A stretch of 64,000 bases of DNA from Octopus vulgaris (Eukaryota). The notes below the pieces were generated by a model. That model searched no databases and was not told where the DNA came from. It saw nothing but the letters and a program-made list of their open reading frames with translations. The translations under genes were made by a program, and so were the position numbers. Each line of letters starts with the position of its first letter. Position 1 is the stretch's first letter. The DNA is taken from positions 3,348,001-3,412,000 of the forward strand of contig OX597829.1 in assembly GCA_951406725.2 (NCBI GenBank). The letters run 5' to 3'. This document shows positions 1 through 12,237 of the stretch, piece by piece.

Positions 1-125
1 TTTTGGGGGGAGGGTTTAAGTCAATTATGTTGATCCCAGTTCTCAACTGGCAATTATTTTACCATACTCTGAAAGGATGAAAAGCAAAGTTGATCTTGGT
101 GACATTTTAACTCAGGACATAAAGC
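1..125 (-). mobile_element. Degenerate CORE-type tRNA SINE fragment
   Basis: Reverse complement resembles the GAGTTCAAAT...GCCTTTCATCCTTTC..GGTCGATAAA segment of the full copy at 9289-9525. Confidence 0.6.
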
Positions 126-375
126 TGGAAAACACTGGATTAATTATGACAAAGTTACTTTATTAAATTCTTCATTATTTTCAAAATAAATTGAAACAAA
201 AGCAGTGGATTTCAACAGAATTACTGAGCTTTGCAAAAGTCCTGTTACACTTATTTTGACGCTCTCAACAAAGGACACAACGATAGTTTTGATGTAGTAA
301 GACATGTTTTTATTGTTTTAACATATAAATATGTACATTATTTACATTTGACTGATATTTGTCCTCATCTTGTTT

Positions 376-425
376 GCTGTTAACACAATGTTTCGGCTGT
401 TATACACTCCAGCATTCATCAGGAA
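376..425 (-). ncRNA. Hammerhead ribozyme-like motif in a small repeat (about 320-532)
   Basis: Minus strand reads cCTGATGA-at-gctg-gagtgtataa-cagc-c-GAAAC-attgt-GTTA: conserved CUGAUGA and GAAAC boxes around a stem II hairpin. Confidence 0.65.
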
Positions 426-532
426 ATTTCAAACTTGGGTTCTCATTCCTGAGGTATTTTTCGATGTTGTTGTTGTTGTTGTTGTTGTTGTTATTATTAT
501 TATTATTCAGGTCACTGCCTGGAATCGAACTC

Positions 533-1240
533 AGTGACTGCGGCAACCAAAAGTCCTTCAACCAGAAGTTCATGTTTAACCCTAACCACTCTTGCATGGC
601 CTTAGCCAAGTGGGCTGAGGCACTGTCCTGCTGAAAGACATAGTCCAACTTCTTTATGATCTTTCTCACCCAGGGTAGGACTTTCATGGCCAAGATATCC
701 CTGCAATTGGCTGCAGTGATCCTGTAACTGACCATGAACCACACCAGGGCATCTTGCCATTTGAAGCCAGGGTGCTTGATTGTGGACATGTAGTGGACCT
801 TGGAGATATTCTGGCTGAAATTGATCACACAGTTGTTCTGCTTGCTGATGACCAGATTGACCATGAACGATTTTTCATCAGAAAAAATGAGAATTTGATT
901 GCCATGACACTTCAAGTCATTGAGAAGGCAACTACAGTGTTCCCAACACTGTTTTAACGTATGGTCGGTGAGCAGAGGCCTTTCCACACACCTTAGGCAC
1001 TTGCTGCCCTCCTCCTTGACATGACAACCTTGGACATCATGGCCACTGAGATGTTGTTCTTCCCAAGAGCAGTTATTTTCAGCTTTGGATCATTTTGAAG
1101 GTCTTACTCATGGCCAAATGGTTGACAACTTGAGGTTTGCCTGATTGAGGTCGATCTTTGTGGTATTTTTCCATTCTTGAGCCGCTCTGCAATTTTTGGT
1201 GAAGTCAGACTTGTTGTGGCCCACATACAGGAGAGCAGAA
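533..1240 (-). mobile_element. Degenerate Tc1/mariner transposase, maT/DD37D-like
   Basis: ORF 400..987 contains IFSDEKSF and VFQQDSASAH...QEWL...FWLKDFWLPQS. It is interrupted before the third catalytic residue and resembles the DD37D element at 45185-46452. Confidence 0.8.
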
Positions 1241-1644
1241 GTCTTGATTCTTATTGCTTCCATCTCGATACACCTGTACACAATGTAAAAGACATTTTAA
1301 TTATATGTGCTGGAAAAGTAGAACTTTAAATATGCTTGACAGCACTTTTTCTATCACACACATTAACCTTTCGAAAGATCAAAACTGAGTATAACAGGAC
1401 TTTTGCAATGCCTAGTATGATAGCAAAAGGGATAAAGGGTTCAGTGGCAAAAAGGGGGAGCAGCCATGAAACATCACCTTAAAAAAGGTAATTTACTGAG
1501 TATGATTACAAGAATATCATGGGGCCCACATGGCTAAGACCTGCTTTTATTGGAAAAATCACTTTAAAACACATTCTGTTGTTATTGTTGTGTGTTGAAT
1601 TCTGTTTATAATCATCTAAGTACCAACAGTTGGTGTTAAACAGA

Positions 1645-1830
1645 GTTGAATAGTAGGCCAAAAAGTTTGCTTCAGAACCAGGTAGTTTTGGGTTCAGTCC
1701 CACAGCATAGCACCTTGGGCAAGTGTCTTCTTTTAAAGCTCCAGACAGACAAAAGCCTTGTGAGTGGATTTGGACAAAAACTGAAAAAGGCCGATTCTTA
1801 TATTTATATATACATGTGTGTGTGTGTATG
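1645..1830 (+). mobile_element. Nin/Deu-domain tRNA SINE, 5' half
   Basis: B-box-like GGTTCAGTCCC, CACCTTGGGCAAGTG and GCCTTGTGAGTGGATTTGG...AACTGAAA match the full copy at 49612-50020. Confidence 0.75.
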
Positions 1831-1838
1831 TACATGTA

Positions 1839-2730
1839 CAAGGGTTGGACAAAATAATGGAAACACCTTGAAATTTCAAACGAATTTATTTTAATATGAG
1901 GTAGGACTTACAAGGTATGGACTCGTACAAAGTTTGAATTGTTTTCAAAGGAACTTTTGTCCATTCTTCAGCTAAAACAGTCTCCAGTTCTTGTAGTGAT
2001 GATGGTGGAGGATATTGACTCCTAACTTGTTTTTCTAAAATGCACCATAAATGTTCAATAATATTGAAATCTGGGGACTGTGGTGACCAGATAAGATGTT
2101 CAACTTCACTAGAATGTTCCTTGTGCCATTCAGTAACAAATTTATCTGTGTGAATTGGTGCATTATCATCCTGAAAGATTGCGTTTCCCTCTGGAAACAG
2201 TTCCACAACCACAGGATAAATTTGATCAGATAAAATGCTTAAACAGTCTTGACTATTAATTCTGCCATGATGGGAAACCATTGGACCAGCAGATTTCCAA
2301 GATATAGTCACCCCCCAAAACCATCACAGATATTCCTCCATTTAGAAGAAGGCAGTCTGGATAAATGCTTCTTTTGGCTGTCTCCACATGTATACTTGGT
2401 TGGTGGTTGGAAATAAGGTAAAAGATGACTTGTCTAAGAAATTAACATTCTTCCACTTTTCTAGGGACCAATTCTGTTGGTTTTTCCCTCCATTCTAAAC
2501 GATTTGCAATGTTTGCTTTTGAAAGTAGTGGTTTTTTTCTTGCAGTGAAATCTGGCTTTGTGCAGCTCCTGGTGAACAGTTTTTGTGGAAACTGGGTTCT
2601 CGAGGTGGTCATTAAGCTCTACAGTAATTTTGGGAGCTGTACTTTTGTGATCCTTTCTAACAATTCATGTAAGAGTCCGATGGTCCCTATATGAAAGTTT
2701 TGGCTTTCTTCCAGAGTTTTGTTTCGACAA
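1839..2730 (-). mobile_element. Tc1-like DNA transposon, 5'-truncated, DD36E spacing
   Basis: ORF 1886..2311 has IFQDDNAPIH...WSPQSPDFNIIEHLW with 36 aa between D and E. A frameshifted WKNVNFLDKSSFTLFPT lies upstream. TIR-like end TA|CAAGGGTTGGACAAAATAATGGAAACACC at 1839. Confidence 0.85.
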
Positions 2731-3179
2731 GATATCATAAAGGAGTATATCTCCTAATATTGTCTGAATATCCAATACCAATTAAAACAAGCATATGAAA
2801 CATAATATATATACATCTGGGCTGGCCAGGGCTACCCAAGAACAATGAAAGATGAAAATTACTTAATTCTTCTGATAGCAATCCAACTGTGACAACCACA
2901 CCTTTTAAAAAGCTGTTTTAAACTGTCCCTATTTGAATCAAAACCTATTATAATTACATTTTGTGATATTCCAAAAGCCAACTTAATTAACCCTTTCAAT
3001 AACAGTCTACCAAAGACGACCACCTCCAGTTCCATTATGCAAAAGTAATATATTTTAAACTGTCAATAGTTAACCTTCTGTTATTATTATTATATGTCAA
3101 AACACTTTACTCATTCCAAACAGCAACTACCATTCCATCTGATTCTATCACAAACCTATATTAAATTTTGTGGTTGTGT

Positions 3180-3470
3180 TGAGCGTGATCGTTACCAACA
3201 TCGCCTAATTGGCACCTGTGCTGGTGGCATGTGTAAAAAGATTCGAGCGAGATCATTGCCAGTATCGCCTGACTGGCACATAAAAAGCACCCACTACACT
3301 CTCAGAGTGGTTGGTGCTAGGAAGGTCATCCAGCTGTAGAAACTCTGCCAGATCAAGATTGGAGCCTGGTGCAGCCATCTGGTTTGCCAGCCCTCAGTCA
3401 AAATCGTCCAACCCATGCTAGCATGGAAGGCGGATGTTAAACGATGATGATGATGAGGATGAGGAGGATG
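3180..3470 (+). mobile_element. Orphan 3' UTR/tail of RTE LINE family A
   Basis: Matches the UTR that follows the RT ORF at 8530-9050. Has the CCATGCTAGCATGG palindrome and a (GAT)n tail. Confidence 0.85.
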
Positions 3471-3809
3471 ATTTTGTCAGAAACTTGCTTCTCAACCACA
3501 TGGTTTCAGTTTCAGTCTCACTGCATGGAACCTTGGGTAAGTGTCTTCTATAGCCTCAAGCCAACCAATATAACTCTTTTGATAACAATCCATATAAGAC
3601 TGATGGTTGGTGGGTTAAAAAATGCCAAGAGATTAATGTGGAAGAATTGGATGGAAGAGGAAGACCAAAGATGACAAGGATAGAATTGATGAAGCTCAAA
3701 CTCTGGAAGACAAATCTCAGAAAAGTGATGACAAATGAACACAAGTCATGGGATTCTTAGTTGGAAAAGACTCGTCCAACCCCCATGCCCAGTAGGAAAA
3801 AGTGGACGT

Positions 3810-4035
3810 AAGAGGATGATGATGATGATGATGACGACGACGATGACGATAATGATGATGATGGCAACAATGATGAGGACAAGGGAGAGAAAAAAGAGGA
3901 AGAAGAAGAAAAAGAAGAAGAAGAAGAAGAAGGTGGTGGTGGTAAGGAGGAGGAGTAAGAGGAGGATGAGGAGGAAGAAGAAGAGGAGAGGAGGAGGGGG
4001 AGGAGAGAAGAGGGGGAGGATGATGATGAGGATTT
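3810..4035. repeat. Purine-rich trinucleotide low-complexity tract (GAT/GAA/GAG)
   Basis: Read directly from the sequence. Confidence 0.95.
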
Positions 4036-4637
4036 AAAACCTTCAATCATAATTTATGTAAGATCCTTTCATTAAGTCATATTCCAAACACCAATTTCAT
4101 ATACTAATGGAGTCAGGAATGAAATTCAAAAACGACCTATCAACTACAGCTTTGTTTATGAAAAGGGATCAAATCATTTCATTAGAATCAGTAAACTGAA
4201 TTCAATTGTTGTAAAAATCCTTGAGAAGAAGGAATGGAAATGTTTCATTATTAATTTATTTTTTAATTCGTCAGGGCAACTGGAGCAAGCATGGTTATAT
4301 TGGCTTCGTTTGAGACATAAAGCACCAGCAGTAGTCAGATTCTGAAGTCTTGATAATGTAATCAGTACCCCAAGACCTTATCTTCATTGCCAGATGAAGA
4401 CATCAAACTGCGAAAACAATTCCACTGACAAAAATAAAGTAAAATAAAATGAAATAAAATAAGAAATATTTGTACAAGCATAGAAAATAGAATAAAACAG
4501 TCAAAAAGAAAATTATAATTCAGAAAATCATTTTTCTATGAAAGGTAAAAAAAACAAACATTATCCATACTAGTAAATGAATAAATAAATAATCAAAACA
4601 ATAAATATGTATATACATACATATGTACATACATACA

Positions 4638-4673
<36 letters not shown>

Positions 4674-4794
4674 TATATATTATATTATTATGTATGTGTA
4701 TATGTGTGTATATATATAAGGATATGAGTATATATGCACTCATATTTATATTTATATGTAAATGATTTTTGGGTATGTACTCATACTTACATTA

Positions 4795-4912
4795 GAATCT
4801 CCGAAGAGGCCGTAAGATAATTTTGTTAATGTCTCATTTATACCTGCAATATATGGCTAATATAGGTTAAATGAGACATACCTTTCTGCATGGCCGAAAC
4901 AGCTGTCAGTTA
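4795..4912 (+). ncRNA. Hammerhead-like motif with extended stem II
   Basis: aatct-CCGAAGA-GGCC...[ATGTCTCATTTA/TAAATGAGACAT internal hairpin]...GGCC-GAAAC-AGCT-GTC. Confidence 0.6.
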
Positions 4913-5109
4913 TAATGTATATGTATTTTTATATCTTGTTATATTTATTTAGTTATATCTCATTATATTGATTGTAATTATTGTACTGTATTAATGTCTA
5001 ATCTTAATGCTCTTGTGTAGTGTTTTAATAAAGTATATGATTCGGTATTATCTGATAGTTGATGAATGATTTAGATATATTTCTCCATTTTCTCATTTTG
5101 TATATATAT

Positions 5110-5572
5110 ATCATCATCATCATCATCATCGTTTAATGTCCGCTTTCCATGCTAGCATGGGTTGGACGGTTCAACTGGGGTCTGGCAAGCCCGAAGGCTG
5201 CACCAGGCCAGTCAGATCTGGCAGTGTTTCTACAGCTGGATGCCTTTCCTAACGCCAACCACTCCGAGAGTGTAGTGGGTGATTTTATGTGCCACCGACA
5301 CAGGTGCCAGACGAGGCTGGCAGACGGTCATGCTCAGATGGTGTTTTTTTATGTGCCACCGACACAGGTGCCAGACGAGGCTGGCAGACGGCCACGCTCG
5401 GATGGTGTTTTTTATGTGCCACCGACACAGGTGCCAGACGAGGCTGGCAGACAGCCACGCTCGGATGGTGTTTTTTATGTGCCACCGACACAGGTGCCAG
5501 ACGAGGCTGGCAGACGGCCACGCTCGGATGGTGTTTTCGGTGTTTTCTTATGTGCCACCGACACAGGTGCCA
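5110..5572 (-). mobile_element. RTE family A 3' UTR with an internal ~63-bp tandem array
   Basis: (CAT)n tail at about 5110-5130. The unit ATGTGCCACCGACACAGGTGCCAGACGAGG... starts at 5287, 5351, 5414, 5477 and 5550. Confidence 0.9.
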
Positions 5573-5586
5573 TACATACATACATG

Positions 5587-5620
<34 letters not shown>

Positions 5621-5659
5621 CACATACACACATACACACACACACACACACACACATAT

Positions 5660-6190
5660 ATATTATATAAAATCCGTTCTGTCTGTCTGTGTGTGTCGTC
5701 TAGGATCTCGGGCACCTCCATCTGATTGCGCTCAAATTTGGTATGTAGATACCAATGGTATCAGGGCGTGTAGAAGTCTTGAAAAAATTACAAAAATCCA
5801 TTCCAGGTGAGAATGCGATCGATAAAGCCATGGGAACATGCATTTGTATGCGCAAATATATATAAATATATATAATCCATTCATCTAGATTTACCTCCAG
5901 CTAACCCATTTGCATGCATCGTTTTTGTCCTGCTTTTCTTCCGTCATTCTGTACATAACTGTGCCTTCCATTTTTTGTTGTTTTTGTACTGCTTAAAGGC
6001 ACGTTTCTTTCCTGCCAAGCTTACTGTTTAAACCATGTTTGAGTTCTCCCAGTCAACAGCCTTATCATTACTGGTACTTTAAACTCTTCGGTTGCATATT
6101 TGTGTGAATAAAATCGTTTTTCTTTGAAATAGAAAAAAGTCTATCTTTATTTCTTCTTTTGCTGGTGTCTCAAATTAAGGTTAAATCAGT
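5660..6190 (+). mobile_element. Possible non-autonomous Helitron/Helentron-like element
   Basis: Opens TATATAAAATCCGTTCTGTCTGTCTGT...CTCAAATTTGGTATGTAG, an arrangement typical of non-autonomous rolling-circle elements. No clear 3' end seen. Confidence 0.4.
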
Positions 6191-6933
6191 GTTTCTCAAA
6201 GGGGAGGCCTATGTTTTGAGAAAATTTGGTTTAAATATTTGACAACTCAGCACTGTCCATTGGACGCGGTAGAGGGGGGGGGGCGTTTTGCTCACATATA
6301 TATAATTATATATATCATCATCATTATCATTTAACGTCTGCCTTCCATGCAGGGATATACGCGTGTGCACACATACAGACACATGCACACACATGCACGC
6401 ACACACACACACAGTATTTAAAATGAACTGAACTATATAAATGAAGAAAATATTAGTGAAATAAATGAAAAAATGTAAAGTAAATACATGAAGATAGGTA
6501 GGTAAAGGAGAAGATACAAGAAGCAGCAAGTGTATGGAAAGGAGTGTATGTGAAGGGGACAGAAGGAGTATGTAGTGATGATCAGCATTTTAATACAATT
6601 CTTGAAGATGACACTTGGAGTTGGCAAAGTATTAGTGGATTATGGCCCTATGCTAAATTGGTAACACCTAGGAGATAAATGAAAAGATGAGCAATACACA
6701 TAAGTAGGTGTGTGTGTGTTTATTAGATGAATCTGAATCTTAATAGATATATTAATTAATCTGATGTAAATATTCACTGAGAGTGCTCCATAAATAGTTA
6801 GAAATGAATTGGTGCTATGGTCAATGTGTATGGCAAGAAACTTTTTAATGTGAAGCACAAAAATTTACAAAGGATAAGGTCTGTGGGCGGATCACAATTT
6901 CTAACTCTTATATCGGTGTAAATCTTGTATATA

Positions 6934-7405
6934 TCATCATCATCATCGTTTAACGTCTGCTTTCCATGCTAGCATGGGTTGGATGATTTGACTGCGGTCT
7001 GGCGAACCAGACTCCAATCTGATCTGGCAGAGTTTCTACAGCTGGATGCCCTTCCTAACGCCAACCACTCCGAGAGTGTAGTGGGTGCTTTAATGTTCCA
7101 CCTGCACGAGAGCCAGTTTGGTGGTACTGGCAACGGCCACGTCTGAATGGTGCTTTTTACGTACCACCTGCACAGGAGCCTGTCCAGCGGAACTAGCAAC
7201 GACCTAGCTCAAAGGTTTCACATGTCACCAGCACAAGTGCTAGTAAGGCGACGTGGTAACGATCACACTCGAATGGTGTGTCTAAACGTGCCATCGACAT
7301 GAAGGCCAGCTTGTTGCTCTGGCAATGATCTCACTCGTATGGTACTCTTAGCGCTCCACTAGCAACGGATGCTAGTCACTGAGTTTGATTTCGACTTCGA
7401 TTTCA
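6934..7405 (-). mobile_element. RTE family A 3' UTR/tail
   Basis: (CAT)n tail, CCATGCTAGCATGG palindrome and degenerate tandem UTR units. Confidence 0.85.
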
Positions 7406-7855
7406 ATGTATAATTCGATATACATTAATAAAGATAAGTTTAGCACATTAACTTAATGTGTAACATCTTCATTAATGCTGCCACTGAATTTAGGATGTTT
7501 ATATTACTTATGAGGTATTCTATATTTTTCAGCTAGAGTGTAGTTGGGTCTCAAGGGGTTTATACAAACCTAACAATATGTGTTATATAGTGAAAACAAA
7601 ATTTCCATTCAAATAGCAGTTACCTGATGATTTTCTGTTCGAGTCTAACCGTCTTAAGTCGTAGTGGAAACGCGACCTATTGTCACAAACAGGCATAAGA
7701 ATATTGTATAAATTTTATGATTGAAAAATTTGCTATATTTTGTACATACGAATATACCAGTCTGCGGGTGCAATAAAACGGGCTCATGCAATTGTGCCTG
7801 TGGGTGGGAGTTTCTCCACCTCTGGTCTATGGAAACTAAATAAATGGAAAGAAAT

Positions 7856-9051
7856 TATAGTTTTTGTATGTGGCAGATGCTCGGGAGCAGTAAACACTGA
7901 AAATCTGCAGAGAACAACTTCCGCCAAATTCCAGGGAGAAAAACTAGAAATAGTTGATAGCTTCCATTACCTAGGTGACCAAGTCAGTAGTGGAGGTAGG
8001 TGCACTGAAAGTGTAGCTGCTAGAATAAGAATAGCCTGGGCAAAGTTCAGAGAGCTCTTACCTCTGCTGGTGACAAAGGGCTTCTCGCTCAGAGTAAAAG
8101 GTAGACTGTATGACGCATGTGTACGAATAGCCATGCTACATGGCTGTGAAACATGGGCTGTGGCTGCTGAGGACATGCGTAAGCTCACAAGGAATGAAGC
8201 CAGTATGCTCCAATGGATGTGTAATGTCAGTGTACATACTCAAGTGTAAGTACCTTGAGAGAAATGTGGGACCTAAGAAGCATCAGATATGGTGTGCAAG
8301 AGAGACGACTGCACTGGTATGGTCATGTTGCGAGAATGGATGAGGATAGCTGTGTGAAAAAGTGCCACACCCTAACAGTTGAAAAAGTGCCACACCCTAA
8401 CTGTGGAAGAGGTAGGCCCAAGAAAACCTGGGATGAAGTGGTGAAGCATGACCTTCGAACTTTAGGCCTCACCAAGGAAATGACTAGTGACCAAGACTTT
8501 TGGAAATATGCTGTGCTTGAGAAGACCCGGCAAGCCAAATTAGACCATAACCTTGTGGCCTATGCCAGGGGCGTCACCAGCCCACTTGTGCATATCTTTT
8601 CCTTCTTTGGACACTAAACTCTGCTTGCGAAGACCTGTTGAGGTGAGTGAATTCAAAATCAAATTCGATGACTGGCATCCGTGCTAGCGGGGTACAAAGA
8701 GCATCATACGAGTGTGATCGTTGACAGAGTGGCTAACTGGCTTCCATTCCAGTGGCATGTAAAAGCGTGATCATTACCAGCATCGCCTTACTGGCACCTG
8801 TGCCGGTGGCATGTGTAAAAAGATTTGAGCGAGGTCGTTGCTAGTACCACCTGACTGGCTCTGTGCCGGTGGCATGTAAAAGCACCCACTACACTCTCGG
8901 AGTGGTTGGCGTTAGGAAGGTCATCCAGCTGTAGAAACTCTGCCAGATCAAGATTGAAGCCTGGTGCAGCCATCTGGTTTGCCAGCCCTCAGTCAAAATC
9001 GTCCAACCCATGCTAGCATGAAAAGCAGACGTTAAACGATGATGATGATGA
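7856..9051 (+). mobile_element. 5'-truncated RTE LINE family A (RT C-terminus plus full 3' UTR)
   Basis: ORFs 7740..8249 and 8255..8617 give FHYLGD, RIRIAWAKFREL, MLHGCETW, RRLHWYGHVARM and GRGRPKKTW, then the UTR and (GAT)n. Confidence 0.92.
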
Positions 9052-9288
9052 TATTTACCTCCTGAGATTGCAATTTCACCAAGTGGGACATAGGATTCAC
9101 ATGGAGGAAACTCAGATCAGCAAAGCTATACTTTAATGCAGTTGTTTTGAACCTAGTCATTAATACCCCTTTGGAGGCATTGTAAGCACAGAAAGGGCTG
9201 GCAAATGTTGAGGGGTGGGGGCACAAGGAGTGCTTGGTGTTTAGATGAGTTATGATTTTATTTACAAATATAATAATTAAACCAAGTA

Positions 9289-9525
9289 TAAGGTGGTGAG
9301 CTGGCAGAACTGTTAGCACGCTGGGCGAAATGTGTAGCCATATTTCATCTGCCATTATGTTCTGAGTTCAAATTCTGTCGAGGTCGACTTTGCCTTTCAT
9401 CCTTTCAGGGTCGATAAATTAATTACCAGCTACGCACTGGGGTCGATGTAATCAATTTAATCCGTTTGTCTGTCCTTGTTTGTCCTCTCTATGTTTAGCC
9501 CCTTGTGGGTAATAAAGAAACAGAA
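9289..9525 (+). mobile_element. Full-length CORE-type tRNA SINE with 19-bp TSD
   Basis: tRNA-like head (TGAGCTGGCAG...GAGTTCAAAT) and CORE-like GCCTTTCATCCTTTCAGGGTCGATAAA. ATAATAATTAAACCAAGTA is duplicated at 9270-9288 and 9526-9544. Confidence 0.88.
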
Positions 9526-10298
9526 ATAATAATTAAACCAAGTACAATATCTTTATTTTAAACAAGTTTTCAATAAACTTTGTCAGGATTAAAAATATGA
9601 GTCAGACATTGTGATATCAGTGAGAAGAAAGCATAAACAGATAATCCATCAAGATACAATGTAATTTCATTATAGAAGTGGGACATGTATTAGGCAGGAT
9701 ATTATAGGAACATATGAATAATAAGCTATTGCAGGAAAATAATTTTCATTTGATTAAGATATCTCTTTATCTCCCCGCAAAATCACAGGAAGGGTAGGGC
9801 ATTCACTAAAGAGCATTCATGAAAGTATCAAGGGGCTGAACTAGTAAAGGTTGAGAACCAGTGATATACAGTGAGCTAAAGTATGACATCTGTTGAAAAG
9901 GGAGATCTGAAACCCTGTTAGTGACATTTAAATGAGTTGGATGGCCTGATTGCCCTGTATAGGAGAAGAGAGAGAGATTGACACTATTAGAGGGTTATAG
10001 CAAAAGTATAAAAGTTGAAGAGTAAAATTGAATGAAAAAACAAGAAAGGAAAAGCGAAATTACTGGAGAAAGATCTACTACATTGGTTGCACAGGCCATA
10101 TTTAGTGGCAAAGGTAGATATGGATTGACCAGAGCTTTTTGTCTCCTGGCCTTTATAAACGTTGGGTTGGTAATTGATGTTTCTTCAAAAATAGAAAAAA
10201 AAAAATGAAATTGTTTTCTGCACCAAGTTATACTTGATTGTGAGTGACATGGTGAAGAGGTAGAAGAGGAGAGAGAACATAGTATACTCATGTATTCA

Positions 10299-10560
<262 letters not shown>

Positions 10561-11182
10561 TCTTTGTATATCAAAAGGATGTGTTATAACACTATTCCAC
10601 ATATACAAAAACAGCCATACCAACAATCCAGCATACCTCCATCATCAGCTGCCCCACGGATATCATTATGGTTTCAACACCTGAGGAGTATCATTCAATC
10701 CAGCGGTGTCAACAGCACTAAAAGAAGTGCTGTTTGGGAACAAGCATACCAAAAAACAAAACACACAACTTTCAAGCACATTCACCCTATGTACTGCAGT
10801 ATTCAATCAAATATAGGCTGGTTTAAACACTAACTTTAAAATTAAACTACAACAAGAAACACATAAATCTATATCAGTATTAATAGTAAACCTACAATAA
10901 CTAAATTATATTCTAAATAGTGACCAATCTTTAAGTCCATACAAATAATAATCCCACCAGTCTTTCATAGTTACTACAATAATAACAGAAAGTGAAAACT
11001 TTATTTCAATTCTCTCCAAAACAAAAACACAATTGAATTTAATGAATAATAGAATAATTATGAGTGAAATACATTATTTCCTAATTCAAAAGTTAATAAT
11101 AAAAACACTACATACTCTTAAGTGTAAATGGAATCCATGACCATGATACCAACATATAAATCTATATATAACCATCTATACA

Positions 11183-11550
<368 letters not shown>

Positions 11551-11756
11551 ACCTAATTACATGCATACATATATTTATACATATATATACAATATGGAGC
11601 AAAAGTAATTCACAAAAAAATTATTTGTGAAGATATTGACTCTGTTACTATCTAGTGTAACAATTTAAATATGATAATAACAGGACCAATAATATAGGTG
11701 ATTGCATGCCGCCCAAAAAGCATTAAATATCTGAAAGATTAAAATTAATCCTTCAG

Positions 11757-11757
<1 letters not shown>

Positions 11758-11809
<52 letters not shown>

Positions 11810-11818
11810 TATATATAC

Positions 11819-11865
<47 letters not shown>

Positions 11866-11872
11866 TACATAA

Positions 11873-11913
<41 letters not shown>

Positions 11914-11968
11914 CACACATATATACATACATACATACATACATACATACATACATACATACATACAT

Positions 11969-12023
<55 letters not shown>

Positions 12024-12040
12024 AATTTATACATATATAT
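11758..12040. repeat. (CA)n/(TA)n/(CATA)n microsatellite
   Basis: Read directly from the sequence. Confidence 0.95.
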
Positions 12041-12173
12041 AAATGTAAATCTTAAATGATAAGGGTGAAAAATTGAATATTAATTTGATTAATATCAATT
12101 TAAAATCACCGGTATAGCATATAGAATAATCTGAAGATTCAGAAAAATTATATTACTTACATCTGTATATATG

Positions 12174-12232
<59 letters not shown>

Positions 12233-12237
12233 TATCT

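Noticed and set aside
3717-4050. Poly-S/H/K ORFs
   Set aside because: Translations of trinucleotide microsatellites.
5287-5572. CRISPR-like regularly spaced repeats
   Set aside because: The units are wholly repeated with no unique spacers, lie inside a LINE 3' UTR in eukaryotic DNA, and no cas genes are present.
11725-11760. Additional hammerhead (minus-strand CTGAAGGA plus hairpin)
   Set aside because: No GAAA box after the hairpin.
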